From positions 8,913 through 72,912 of the forward strand of contig JAUJNB010000012.1 in NCBI GenBank assembly GCA_030446545.1: 64,000 bases of DNA, given 5' to 3'. Below, piece after piece: positions 23,101 through 31,742 of this stretch; within the stretch, counting starts at the first letter, position 1; each line of letters opens with the position of its first letter. A program made the translations under genes and the position numbers. The notes below the pieces were generated by a model. The model had not been told where the DNA came from. It saw only the letters and a program-made list of their open reading frames with translations, and did no database searches. Source of the DNA: Acidimicrobiales bacterium (lineage in GTDB: Bacteria > Actinomycetota > Acidimicrobiia > Acidimicrobiales > CADCSY01).

Positions 23101-25459
23101 CGGCCAGTTGGCTTCGGCCGACATCGAGGATGACGGCTTCGTCATCACCGATCAGGACGCCGACGTGAAGAACGACGGCGACGCCGAGGCCGACTCCGGC
23201 GACAACGACGCCGTGGGCAACGAGTCGGACAACGACGCTGACAACGACCAGGACGCCGACGCCGAAGACGGCGACGGCGACACGGTCGTCGTCAACAACA
23301 ACGCCACCACCAGCAACAACTCCGATGGCACCGCCAGCATCACGACCGACTGCGCATGCGCCATCGGCGTGCACGCCAACACCAACATCGGCCAGGTCGC
23401 CAATGGCGACATCGAGGGTGACGGCTTCGTCATCTCCGATCAGGACGCCAACGTCGAGAACGACGGTGACGCTGAGGCCGACTCCGGCAACAACGACGCC
23501 GTGGGCAACGAGTCGGACAACGACGCTGACAACGACCAGGACGCCGACGCCGAAGACGGCGACGGCGACACGGTCGTGACCAACAGCGCCGACACCAGCA
23601 ACGACTCCGACGGCACGGCGACCATCGACACCGGTGACGCCACGGCCTTCGGTGTGGTGGCTGACACCAACATCGTCCAGTCGGTCTCGGCCGACATCGA
23701 GGGTGACGGCTTGCGACAGCGTCATCACCGATCAGGACGCCAAGGTGAAGAACGACGGTGACGCCAGGGCCAACTCCGGCCGCAACGACGCCGTGGGCAA
23801 CGAGTCGGACAACGACGCTCGGACAACGACCAGGACGCCGACGCCGAAGACGGCGACGGCGACACGGTGGTGAGCAACAACGCCGACACCAGCAACGACT
23901 CCGACGGCACCGCCGAGATCACCACCGGTGATGCGGCTGCGGTCGGGGTTCTCGCCGAACACCAGACATCGATCAGTCGGTCTCGGCCGACATCGAGGAT
24001 GACGGCTTCGTCATCTCCGACCAGGACGCCGACGTCGAAGAACGACGGTGACGCCGTGGCCGACACCGGTGACAACGACGCCACCGGCAACAAGTCGGAC
24101 AACGACGCTGACAACCGCCAGGACGCCGACGCCGAAGACGGCGACGGCGACACGGTGGTGACCAACAACGCCGACACCAGCAACGACTCCGACGGCAAGG
24201 CGACCATCGACACCGGTGACGCCACCGCCTTCGGTGTGGTCGCTGACACCGACATCGACCAGTCGGTCTCGGCCGACATCGAGGATGACGGCTTTCGTCA
24301 TCACCGATCAGGACGCCAAGGTGAAGAACGACGGCGACGCCAGGGCCAACTCCGGCCGCAACGACGCTGTGGGCAACAAGTCGGACAACGACGCTGACAA
24401 CGACCAGGACGCCGACGCCGAAGACGGCGATGACGCCGACACCGGCGACAACACGCCAACAACGCCGACACGCCAGCAACGCCAGCTCCGACGCCGAAGA
24501 TGGCGACCGAGATCACCATCGGTGATGCGGCTGCGGTCGCTGAGATCTCACCGGTGAAGGCGGCACTCGCCGACATCGATCAGTCGGTCTCGGCCGACAT
24601 CGAGGATGACGGCTTCGTCATCACCGATCAGGACGCCAAGGTGAAGAACGACGGTGACGCCGTGGCCAAGTCCGGTGACAACGACGCCGTGGGCAACAAG
24701 TCGGACAACGACGCTGACAACGACCAGGACGCCGACGCCGAAGACGGCGACGACGACACGGTGGTCAGCAACAACGCCGACACCAGCAACGACTCCGACG
24801 GCAAGGCGACCATCGACACCGGTGACGCCACGGCCTTCGGTGTGGTCGCCGACACCGACATCGACCAGTCGGTCGACGGCCGACATCGAGGACGACGGCT
24901 TCGGCTTCGTCATCACCGACCAGGACGCCAAGGTGAAGAACGACGGCGACGCCAGGGCCGACACCGGCCGCAACGACGCACCGGCAACAAGTCGGACAAC
25001 GACGCTGACAACCGCCAGGACGCCGACGCCGAAGACGGCGATGGCGACACGGTGGTCAGCAACAACGCCGACACCAGCAACGACTCCGACGGTTCGGCCG
25101 ACATCAAGACCGGGTCCGCCAATGCCATTGGCATTGGTGGCCGCGACGGTGTCGACCTTCCCGAGATCCCTGACCTCTGCGAGGACAAGGATGACAAGGA
25201 CAAGCCGGACGAGGGCGACAAGCCCAAGCCCGACGAGGGCGACAAGCCCAAGCCCGACGAGGGCGACAAGCCCAAGCCCGACGACGGCGACAAGGACCGG
25301 AAGCCTCCGGCCAAGCCCGTGGTCGAGAAGTTCAAAGACGTGAAGGTCAAGGCTCCGGCCCTGGCCGTCACCGGCGTCTCGGTTGCGGTCCAGGTGCTTC
25401 TTGGACTGCTGCTGCTCGCCCTTGGCCTCTTCCTTCGCCGGAAGGGTCAGGCGGCGTAG
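20150..25459 (+). CDS. Giant (~1,770 aa) poly-acidic tandem-repeat cell-surface protein with a signal peptide and a C-terminal LAVTG sortase sorting signal. Multiple apparent frameshifts and small duplications.
   Basis: GAGGAGG RBS. Signal peptide MGLAATAVSVVLVMLFGGTASAQ. About 16 repeat units. C-terminal (DEGDKPKP)x3 stalk at 25208-25279, then LAVTG, a 20-aa hydrophobic helix and RRKG. Frames 20150-20455, 20598-21917, 21650-22402, 22778-23761, 23867-24397 and 24500-25459 all read the same repeat. Confidence 0.8.
20440..25110 (+). repeat. Coding tandem array of about 16 units of ~285 bp (95 aa). The units from 22.8 to 25.1 kb are near-identical.
   Basis: The string gacatcgagga(t/g)gacggcttcgtcatc recurs at about 22837, 23122, 23407, 23693, 23986, 24268, 24597 and 24882, mostly 285 bp apart. 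More diverged units (..LINQGA(D/N)VSN.., ..LIDQDSDV(E/D)N..) run back to about 20445. Confidence 0.9.
25361..25456 (+). other. Cell-wall sorting signal (LAVTG, hydrophobic helix, RRKG tail)
   Basis: Codons ctg gcc gtc acc ggc at 25361-25375, followed by VSVAVQVLLGLLLLALGLFL and RRKGQAA. Confidence 0.8.
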
Positions 25460-25473
25460 TTTCAGCGCCGTTT

Positions 25474-25507
25474 GAAGGAGGGGGTGGCTTCGGCCGCCCC
25501 CTCTTTC
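25474..25507 (+). terminator. Strong stem-loop terminator after the repeat-protein gene
   Basis: GAAGGAGGGGGTGGC-TTCG-GCCGCCCCCTCTTTC, a 15-bp stem (two G-U pairs) with a UUCG tetraloop, 15 nt after the stop. Confidence 0.7.
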
Positions 25508-25556
25508 GCGTCCGGGGTCCGTGTGGGACCGGGGGCGGCTGCACTACAGTGTCCCG

Positions 25557-26354
25557 ATGACCGAGAACTCTGCGGAACTCTCCACGCCCTCCGTCAGACG
25601 CGGCGGGTCACGGCGGCCGGCGTCGGCCGACCAGGAGCGACTCGTCCGCCGTTACCTCAGCGCCCTGGAGGTCAACAAGGCCGGTCGAGGCGTCAAGCGG
25701 GCGGCGGACGCCGTGGGCAATCGGATCACCAAGGTCGACGAGCTCCTGGTGTCGGCCGATCCCCTCAGCCGGGTGCACCTGACCCAGGAGCGCATCGAGC
25801 TGCACGCCGAGTACGTGCGCATCACCAACGGGAACCACCCCGACCAGGGTCAACTCGAGCGTGACTTCATCCGGGTGGTGCGTAGCTATGGCGACCGCAA
25901 CGGGATCACCTACGCGGCCTGGCGCCAGGTCGGGGTGGACGCCAAGGTGCTCGAGCAGGCCGGGATCCAACGGGCGGACAAGAAGCCGCCGCCGGCCGCC
26001 CTGCGAGCCGCAGAGTCGGCCTTGGCCGAGTCCTCGGCCCCACCGCCGGGCGAGGCCCCTCCGTCGACCGACGAGACCGCCGAGTCGACGGAAGCCCCGG
26101 GAACGGCTCTCAACGGCTCCGTGCCCTCGGCGATCGTTCCCGGCCGGACCACGACGCCAGACGACCCGCCCACTCCGCCTCCGAGCGAGGTGGACCTCGA
26201 CGAGCTGGCCGACCTGTTGGCCGAAGCCAGCCCCGGCGCGCCGGCGCCGGCGAAGGACGGCTCGGCTCAACCCCCGCTGAGCGAAGACCTCGGCCCGGTG
26301 AGCGGGCTCGTCGCCAACCGACCCAGCCGAAGCCCGGAGGCCGCCGGCTCCTGA
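25557..26354 (+). CDS. Hypothetical protein with a structured N-terminal half and a Pro/Ala/Glu-rich disordered C-terminal half
   Basis: Intact ORF. I prefer the internal ATG (MTENSAEL) at 25557. A segment GITYAAWRQVGVDAKVLEQAGIQR resembles conserved actinobacterial hypothetical proteins as I recall them. No function can be assigned. Confidence 0.5.
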   Translation: MTENSAELSTPSVRRGGSRRPASADQERLVRRYLSALEVNKAGRGVKRAADAVGNRITKVDELLVSADPLSRVHLTQERIELHAEYVRITNGNHPDQGQLERDFIRVVRSYGDRNGITYAAWRQVGVDAKVLEQAGIQRADKKPPPAALRAAESALAESSAPPPGEAPPSTDETAESTEAPGTALNGSVPSAIVPGRTTTPDDPPTPPPSEVDLDELADLLAEASPGAPAPAKDGSAQPPLSEDLGPVSGLVANRPSRSPEAAGS

Positions 26355-26473
26355 CCCAGGCCGGGACACCGCACGCCCGCAAGGGCCCGCTCCGGCCCGA
26401 ACGCGGGTGACGGGGTGGTGGGTCACGGCTCAGGGCCGACGTCAGTGAACCGGCACTAGCTAGCCTCACCCTG

Positions 26474-27133
26474 GTGGAGCCAGCCCTCGGCCCGGCACAT
26501 GACCTGTTGCGCTGGAGCGAGGCGTTGGCCGGCATCGCTCGGACCGGGCTCGGCTTCACCGCCAACCTCTACGAACGGGAACGGTTCGAGGAGGTGTTGA
26601 AGGTGGCGGCCGAGATGCAGGCGGCGGCAACCTCTCCGTCACCCTCCGCCGCCAACCTCGTGCAGGAGTGGATGGCGACCGTGGGTGAAGGCGTGGCCGG
26701 CTACGTCACCCCCAAGGCGGCGGTGGGCGCCGTCGTGGGCAATGACCGGGCCGAGATCCTCCTGGTCCAGCGGGCCGACTCGGGGGTGTGGCTCTATCCC
26801 ACCGGGTGGGCCGACATCGGATATTCCCCCGCCGAGGTGGCGGTCAAGGAGGTGGCGGAGGAGACGGGGATCCATTGCCGCCCGGAGCGGCTGATCGCCG
26901 TGCTCGACGGTCTGCGCCTGGGGTTCTCCCGCATCCCGCTCTATTCCCTGGTCTTCCACTGCCGGTTGGTGGGCGGCGAGCTACGGGCCCACCCCCTCGA
27001 GTGCGCGGACGTGGGGTGGTTCGCCGAGGACGCGCTCCCTGTGCCCATGGCCGGAGCGGCCCGCTGGGCGCCCGTCGCCTTTGCCGCCATCCGGGGCGAG
27101 CCCGTCGACGTCGTCTTCGACGCCCCCCGCTGA
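26474..27133 (+). CDS. NUDIX hydrolase with an N-terminal helical extension
   Basis: Intact 219 aa. Nudix box GWADIGYSPAEVAVKEVAEETG (GX5EX7REUXEEXGU-like). Confidence 0.85.
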   Translation: MEPALGPAHDLLRWSEALAGIARTGLGFTANLYERERFEEVLKVAAEMQAAATSPSPSAANLVQEWMATVGEGVAGYVTPKAAVGAVVGNDRAEILLVQRADSGVWLYPTGWADIGYSPAEVAVKEVAEETGIHCRPERLIAVLDGLRLGFSRIPLYSLVFHCRLVGGELRAHPLECADVGWFAEDALPVPMAGAARWAPVAFAAIRGEPVDVVFDAPR

Positions 27134-27147
27134 CCACGGGAGGTCGA

Positions 27148-27627
27148 TCAGGCGGGAGGCGAGGCCAGTTGCTCGAGCAGGGCGGACACGATGGAGATCC
27201 GACCGCCGGCCGCCTCCCAGCGCAGGGCGATGGCCTGATGGTCGACCAGCCCGGCGGTCTCGGGGGCCATGCCGAGCGCGGTGGTGGCCGCGGCCGCCAG
27301 GGGGACCGGTTCCAGTGACTCCCCGTAGGCGCTGAACGCCTCCAGCCCGTCCCACAGAGCCGCGGGAGCCGCCGGGGGCTCACCGTCGCCGGCCAGGGCC
27401 AGGGCCACGGCGGCGAAGAGCTCGTAGGTGGGGGTGGACGGCGGGCGCCGGAACCCGGCGACGGGATGGAGTCGCCACTCGAGCGCCTGGCCGCCCGGCC
27501 CGTCGTCCCGGAGCCAGACCTGCGACCCGTTCACGTAAGCGTCGACGGGCTCGCCGAAGCGCCGATCGAGGGCCAACACCAATTCGGCGCTGATGGGCCA
27601 GATGCAGGTGGCCACCAGGTCGGGCAT
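27148..27627 (-). CDS. Hypothetical protein
   Basis: Intact 159-aa ORF with coding-like GC3. No recognisable motif. Confidence 0.4.
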   Translation of the reverse strand: MPDLVATCIWPISAELVLALDRRFGEPVDAYVNGSQVWLRDDGPGGQALEWRLHPVAGFRRPPSTPTYELFAAVALALAGDGEPPAAPAALWDGLEAFSAYGESLEPVPLAAAATTALGMAPETAGLVDHQAIALRWEAAGGRISIVSALLEQLASPPA

Positions 27628-27767
27628 TGCTCGACGGTAGAGGGAGCGGTGGAATGAGACGAACTCCGCCCGCAGGGCGGACGGGCAGAGCCAACACGGG
27701 CTCAGGGCGGAGGGGCGCAGGCGGACGGGCCCAGGGCGAACCTGGCCCAGGGCGACCGGCTGGCAGG

Positions 27768-29222
27768 ATGCACCGGGTGCGTCGCCTGCTTCCCATCCTC
27801 GCGGCCGGGGCGCTCTGGGTTGGTGCCTGTAGCGGCGACGGGCCCGGGCCCACGGGCCGGGCCGACGGCCCGTCTCCGGCCGGCCCGTCGGGATCCGCGG
27901 GCCCGCCGGTCACCACCACCACCACACTGTCGCCCCTGCCTCTCGGCCCGGCCCAGCCCGCCACCGACAGCTGCCCGGCAGTACCGGGCCAGACCGCCCC
28001 CGACCCCGATCGACCCCGCTACACCATGTCGGTGCGGGTGCTCCCCGGCGAGGCCGCGGTGGAGGGACGACTGACCGTGCGCTTCCGTCCCGACCTGGCC
28101 ACCGACCGTCTGGTGTTCCGGCTCTGGCCCAACGGGCCCCGCCCCGCCGCCGCCGGCGCCCACCTCGAGGTCGGACCGGTCTTCCTCGGTGCTCCCGTCC
28201 CCGTCCCCACCGACCGGCCCGACCCCACCACCCTGGTCGTTCCCCTCGAGTCGGGACTCGGCGCTGGTGACCTGATCGAGGCCACCATGCCCTGGCGCCT
28301 GTCGCTCCCGGGGAATTCCGACGACCGCCTGGCTCATTCCGGCGACGCCATCCGGCTGGGCTCGTTCTTCCCGGTCCTGGCCTGGGAGCCGGGTGTGGGC
28401 TGGGCCACCGACCCGCCGACGGCCGGCTTGGCCGAGACCTCCATGGCGCCGGTGGCCGACTTCGCCTACTCGGTGACGGTGCCCGACGGCCTCGACGTGC
28501 TGGCCTCGGGCGTGCGGGAAGGGAGCCGGTGGCGGGCCGCGGCCACCCGGGACATCGCCATCTCCATCGGCCGGTTCCGCACCGCCGAGGCCGAGGCCCG
28601 CGCCCCTGGTCCGGTGGCGGTGACCGTCGGGGTCCACGAGAGCCTCGACGAGGATCCCGAGGCCTACCTGACCAAGGTGGTGGACGCTCTGGAGGACTTC
28701 GCCCGACGGTTCGGGCCCCATCCCTACCCCACCTACACCCTGGCCCTGACCCCGGGCCTGTCGGGTGGGGTCGAGTACCCGGGTCACGTCATGCAGGGAC
28801 CGGGGACGCTGGCTCGCACCACCTCCCACGAAGTGGCCCACCAGTGGTTCTACTCCCTGGTCGGCAACCACCAGGGCCGCGACCCCTGGCTGGACGAGGG
28901 CCTGGCCACCTGGGCCGAGGCCCGCTTCGAGAACTCGCTCGACCGGATCGTCGACCGGTCCGTACCCAGCGTGGGCCGGGACCAGGTGGGCCGACCCATG
29001 GCCTTCTGGGACGACCACCCGGCGGCCTACTACCGGTCGGTCTACGTCCAGGGTGCCCAGGCCCTGGCCGCGCTGGGCGACGCCGACGGGGTCGACTGCG
29101 CCCTCCGCCACTACGTCGCCACCCAGGCCTTCGCCGTGGCCCGCCCCGAGCACCTGCGCTCGGCACTGGAGGTGCGCTTCGCCGACGCCGGAGCCACCCT
29201 GGCCGCCTTCGGGGCCGTCTGA
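27768..29222 (+). CDS. M1-family zinc metallopeptidase, lipoprotein
   Basis: Start MHRVRRLLPILAAGALWVGAC (lipobox VGAC). HEXXH-X18-E motif: TSHEVAHQWFYSLVGNHQGRDPWLDEGLATW. Intact. Confidence 0.85.
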   Translation: MHRVRRLLPILAAGALWVGACSGDGPGPTGRADGPSPAGPSGSAGPPVTTTTTLSPLPLGPAQPATDSCPAVPGQTAPDPDRPRYTMSVRVLPGEAAVEGRLTVRFRPDLATDRLVFRLWPNGPRPAAAGAHLEVGPVFLGAPVPVPTDRPDPTTLVVPLESGLGAGDLIEATMPWRLSLPGNSDDRLAHSGDAIRLGSFFPVLAWEPGVGWATDPPTAGLAETSMAPVADFAYSVTVPDGLDVLASGVREGSRWRAAATRDIAISIGRFRTAEAEARAPGPVAVTVGVHESLDEDPEAYLTKVVDALEDFARRFGPHPYPTYTLALTPGLSGGVEYPGHVMQGPGTLARTTSHEVAHQWFYSLVGNHQGRDPWLDEGLATWAEARFENSLDRIVDRSVPSVGRDQVGRPMAFWDDHPAAYYRSVYVQGAQALAALGDADGVDCALRHYVATQAFAVARPEHLRSALEVRFADAGATLAAFGAV

Positions 29223-29376
29223 CCGTCCTGTCGCCGGCACGGAAGGGTGGCTCATTGGCCGGGTGGTAGCGGCTCCCAGGCGGGCCGGAGGAGCCTTGGC
29301 CCCCCAGTCCGACCGCAGGTGGTAAGCCGAGCCGCCGCCTCTCGGGCCCCCGGAGCCGTCGACGGCGTCGAGGAGG

Positions 29377-30015
29377 TCAGGCCCCGGCCGGTGCCGCCGG
29401 CACCAGGCCGCAGGCGGCCCGGGCCCCGGCGTCGCCGGTGCTGTTGGTCATGTCGTCGGGGCCGGGCTGGCCGGCGTCGGCGGCGGTGTAGCGGTCGGGG
29501 ATGTTGGCGAAGTTGTCGGGGCTGGCGTGGATCATCACGGCCGCCCCATCGCCTTCGGCCAGCTCTTCCAGGGTGAAGGTGTCGAGGTCGACGGTCAGGC
29601 GGGCGGTCCCGTCGCTGGCGACAGGAAGGCTGGGCATGTCGCCGTCGTGGTCACCGTGGGAGCCGCCCCCGCCCACGAAGTGGCCCTTGGCCGTGGTGAA
29701 GGGACCATCGGGGGCGTCGGCCTCGCACAGCCCGACATCGTGCACGTGGAACCCGTGGAATCCCGGATCCAGGCCCTCGAGACGAGCGCTGACGCGGACC
29801 CCGCCGTCGCGGGCCGAGAGGGTGACCGTGCCCACGTCGTTGCCTTCGGCGTCGGTCATGGCCACTTCGGTCCCCTCCCCTTCTTCTTCCTCGTGCTCAT
29901 CGGGGGAGGAGACGTCGGTCGTCTCGGGCGAGGCCTGATCGGAGTCACCGGCGCAGCCGACCACGGTGAGGGCGGCCAGGGCCAGGGCGGCCAGCGGAAG
30001 CGGGGGTTGGCGCAT
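29377..30015 (-). CDS. sodC: Cu/Zn superoxide dismutase, lipoprotein
   Basis: Lipobox LTVVGC. FHGFHVHDVGLC..HFVGGGGSHGDHDGDMPSL..AAVMIHASPDN are typical SodC metal ligand stretches. Intact. Confidence 0.9.
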   Translation of the reverse strand: MRQPPLPLAALALAALTVVGCAGDSDQASPETTDVSSPDEHEEEEGEGTEVAMTDAEGNDVGTVTLSARDGGVRVSARLEGLDPGFHGFHVHDVGLCEADAPDGPFTTAKGHFVGGGGSHGDHDGDMPSLPVASDGTARLTVDLDTFTLEELAEGDGAAVMIHASPDNFANIPDRYTAADAGQPGPDDMTNSTGDAGARAACGLVPAAPAGA

Positions 30016-30046
30016 GGTGCCACCGTAGCCGGTCGGCGCCAGGCGG

Positions 30047-30889
30047 TCAGTCCGGCGACCGGTTGCGCAGGAAGCGCTCGACCTCCTCGGCCAGCGAGGC
30101 GGTGGAAGCCCCTTCGTCGCGATCGAAACGCTCTTCGAGGGTCTCGAGGTAGCCGGTCATCTCCTCGTCCTCGGCCACGATCTCACTGACCTGACGCTCG
30201 TAGGCGGCCGCCGCGATCTCCAGGTCGGTGACGACGGTGGGGACGCCCACCAGCTCGGCGGTGTGTTCCACCAGGGCCAGCGCCGCTTTGGGGGAGGGAG
30301 CGCCAGGGACGTAGGCGGGGACGGCCGCCCACAGCGACGCTCCGGCCAACCCGGCGCGGCGACAGGCGTCGCCCAGCACCCCCACGATGCCGGTCGGGCC
30401 CTCGTACCTCGAAGGGGTCAGCTCCAAGCGTTGCACGATGGCCGGGTCGGCAGCCGTTCCCACCACCGAGGTGGGGCGGGAATGGGGCACCTCGGCCAGC
30501 AGGGCGCCGAGGGTGAGCACCAGGCGGGCATCGATCGAGTGGGCCACGTCGACGATCTGGGCGCAGAAGCGGCGCCAGTGCAGTTGGGGCTCGGTGCCCA
30601 CGAGGACGACCACGTCGGTACCCGACGTGGTCCCCCAGGTGAAGATGTTCGCCGGCCATTCGATGACCCGGTCCCCTTCGTCGTCGAGGTGGACCCGCGG
30701 TCGGGTGGTGGTGAAGTCGAAGAACTCCTCGGCGTCGATCTCGGCCAGGGGCTCGGGCGCCCATCGGTCGGCGAGCCACTGGGCGGCGAGGCTGGCGGCG
30801 TCGCCGGCGTCGTTCCAACCCTCGAAGGCGGCGATGAGCACCGGACGAACGAGTGGGGGTCGTTCGCCGTCGATCCAACGGAGGTCCAT
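30047..30889 (-). CDS. PAC2-family (proteasome assembly chaperone-like) protein
   Basis: From the internal ATG: MDLRWIDGERPPLVRPVLIAAFEGWNDAGDAAS..VVVLVGTEPQLHWRRF..YEGPTGIVGVL, typical of actinobacterial PAC2 family proteins. Confidence 0.75.
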   Translation of the reverse strand: MDLRWIDGERPPLVRPVLIAAFEGWNDAGDAASLAAQWLADRWAPEPLAEIDAEEFFDFTTTRPRVHLDDEGDRVIEWPANIFTWGTTSGTDVVVLVGTEPQLHWRRFCAQIVDVAHSIDARLVLTLGALLAEVPHSRPTSVVGTAADPAIVQRLELTPSRYEGPTGIVGVLGDACRRAGLAGASLWAAVPAYVPGAPSPKAALALVEHTAELVGVPTVVTDLEIAAAAYERQVSEIVAEDEEMTGYLETLEERFDRDEGASTASLAEEVERFLRNRSPD

Positions 30890-31043
30890 GGCGTCGAGGG
30901 TATTGACGAGTTGGCCGGGCCACGACGGGCACGGAGACGGGCCGGAGGGGCAAGGCGGCCGCAGGGAGGACGGGGGCGGCAGGGAGGACGGGGCGCCAGG
31001 GACGGTAGCCTCGTGGGGGGTGGCCCGTTCCTCCCCGGCGTCG

Positions 31044-31697
31044 ATGCCCGACGCCATGCTCGACATCCTCACGGCGGCCCGACCCCGGCTGCGGGGCCGG
31101 CTCCACCAGGTCGTGTTCTTCCTCAGCATCCCTGCCGGCGTGGCCGTGGTGCTCGCCACCCGGGCTGGCCCGGCCCGCATCGGGGCGGTGGTCTACGCCC
31201 TCAGCCTGACCGGCCTGTTCGCCACCAGCGCGGCCTACCACCGCCTGGCCCAGTCGGTCCCGGCCCGCATGTGGATGCGTCGGCTGGACCACGCCATGAT
31301 CTTCGTGCTCATCGCCGGCACCTACACCCCGCTCTGCCTCCTGGCTCTCGACGGTGCCTGGCGGGTCGTGTCGTTGTGCGTGGTGTGGGTGGTGGCGCTG
31401 ATCGGTGTGGGACTCAAGGTCTTCCGACTCGAGGCCATGCGCCTGGGCAACTCGCTGTACCTGGTCCTTGGTTGGGCGGTGGTGGTGCTCGTTCCCCAGC
31501 TTGTCGGACGCCCCCTGGTCCTGGGCCTCATGGCGGCCGGAGGTGGCCTGTTCACCGGAGGCACGGTGGTGCTGACGCGGCGCCGGCCCGACCCGGTGCC
31601 AGAGGTCTTCGGCTACCACGAGGTGTGGCACTGTCTGGTGGTGGCGGCCTGCGCCTGCCACTACGCCATGATCATGGTGCTGGTGCGCTCCCCGTAG
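31044..31697 (+). CDS. Hemolysin-III / PAQR-family membrane protein
   Basis: Seven hydrophobic segments with the family motifs SAAYH, RRLDHAMIFVLIAGTYTP and FGYHEVWHCLV. Confidence 0.85.
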   Translation: MPDAMLDILTAARPRLRGRLHQVVFFLSIPAGVAVVLATRAGPARIGAVVYALSLTGLFATSAAYHRLAQSVPARMWMRRLDHAMIFVLIAGTYTPLCLLALDGAWRVVSLCVVWVVALIGVGLKVFRLEAMRLGNSLYLVLGWAVVVLVPQLVGRPLVLGLMAAGGGLFTGGTVVLTRRRPDPVPEVFGYHEVWHCLVVAACACHYAMIMVLVRSP

Positions 31698-31742
31698 GAG
31701 CCTTCTCCTACACTCCCACCGACCACGATCACGAGGAGGCCG

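Noticed and set aside
19647-23728. Long minus-strand ORFs (658, 598 and 344 aa) antisense to the repeat-protein gene.
   Set aside because: They are Val/Ala/Gly-rich mirror images of the GAC/GGC/ACC-rich sense codons. They lack a start context, a signal or a motif. The sense strand has the RBS, the signal peptide, the sorting signal and the terminator.
20440-25110. A regular ~285-bp periodic array that could be mistaken for a CRISPR or satellite array.
   Set aside because: The period is far too long. There are no unique spacers between short repeats, and every unit translates into the same 95-aa protein repeat within one gene.
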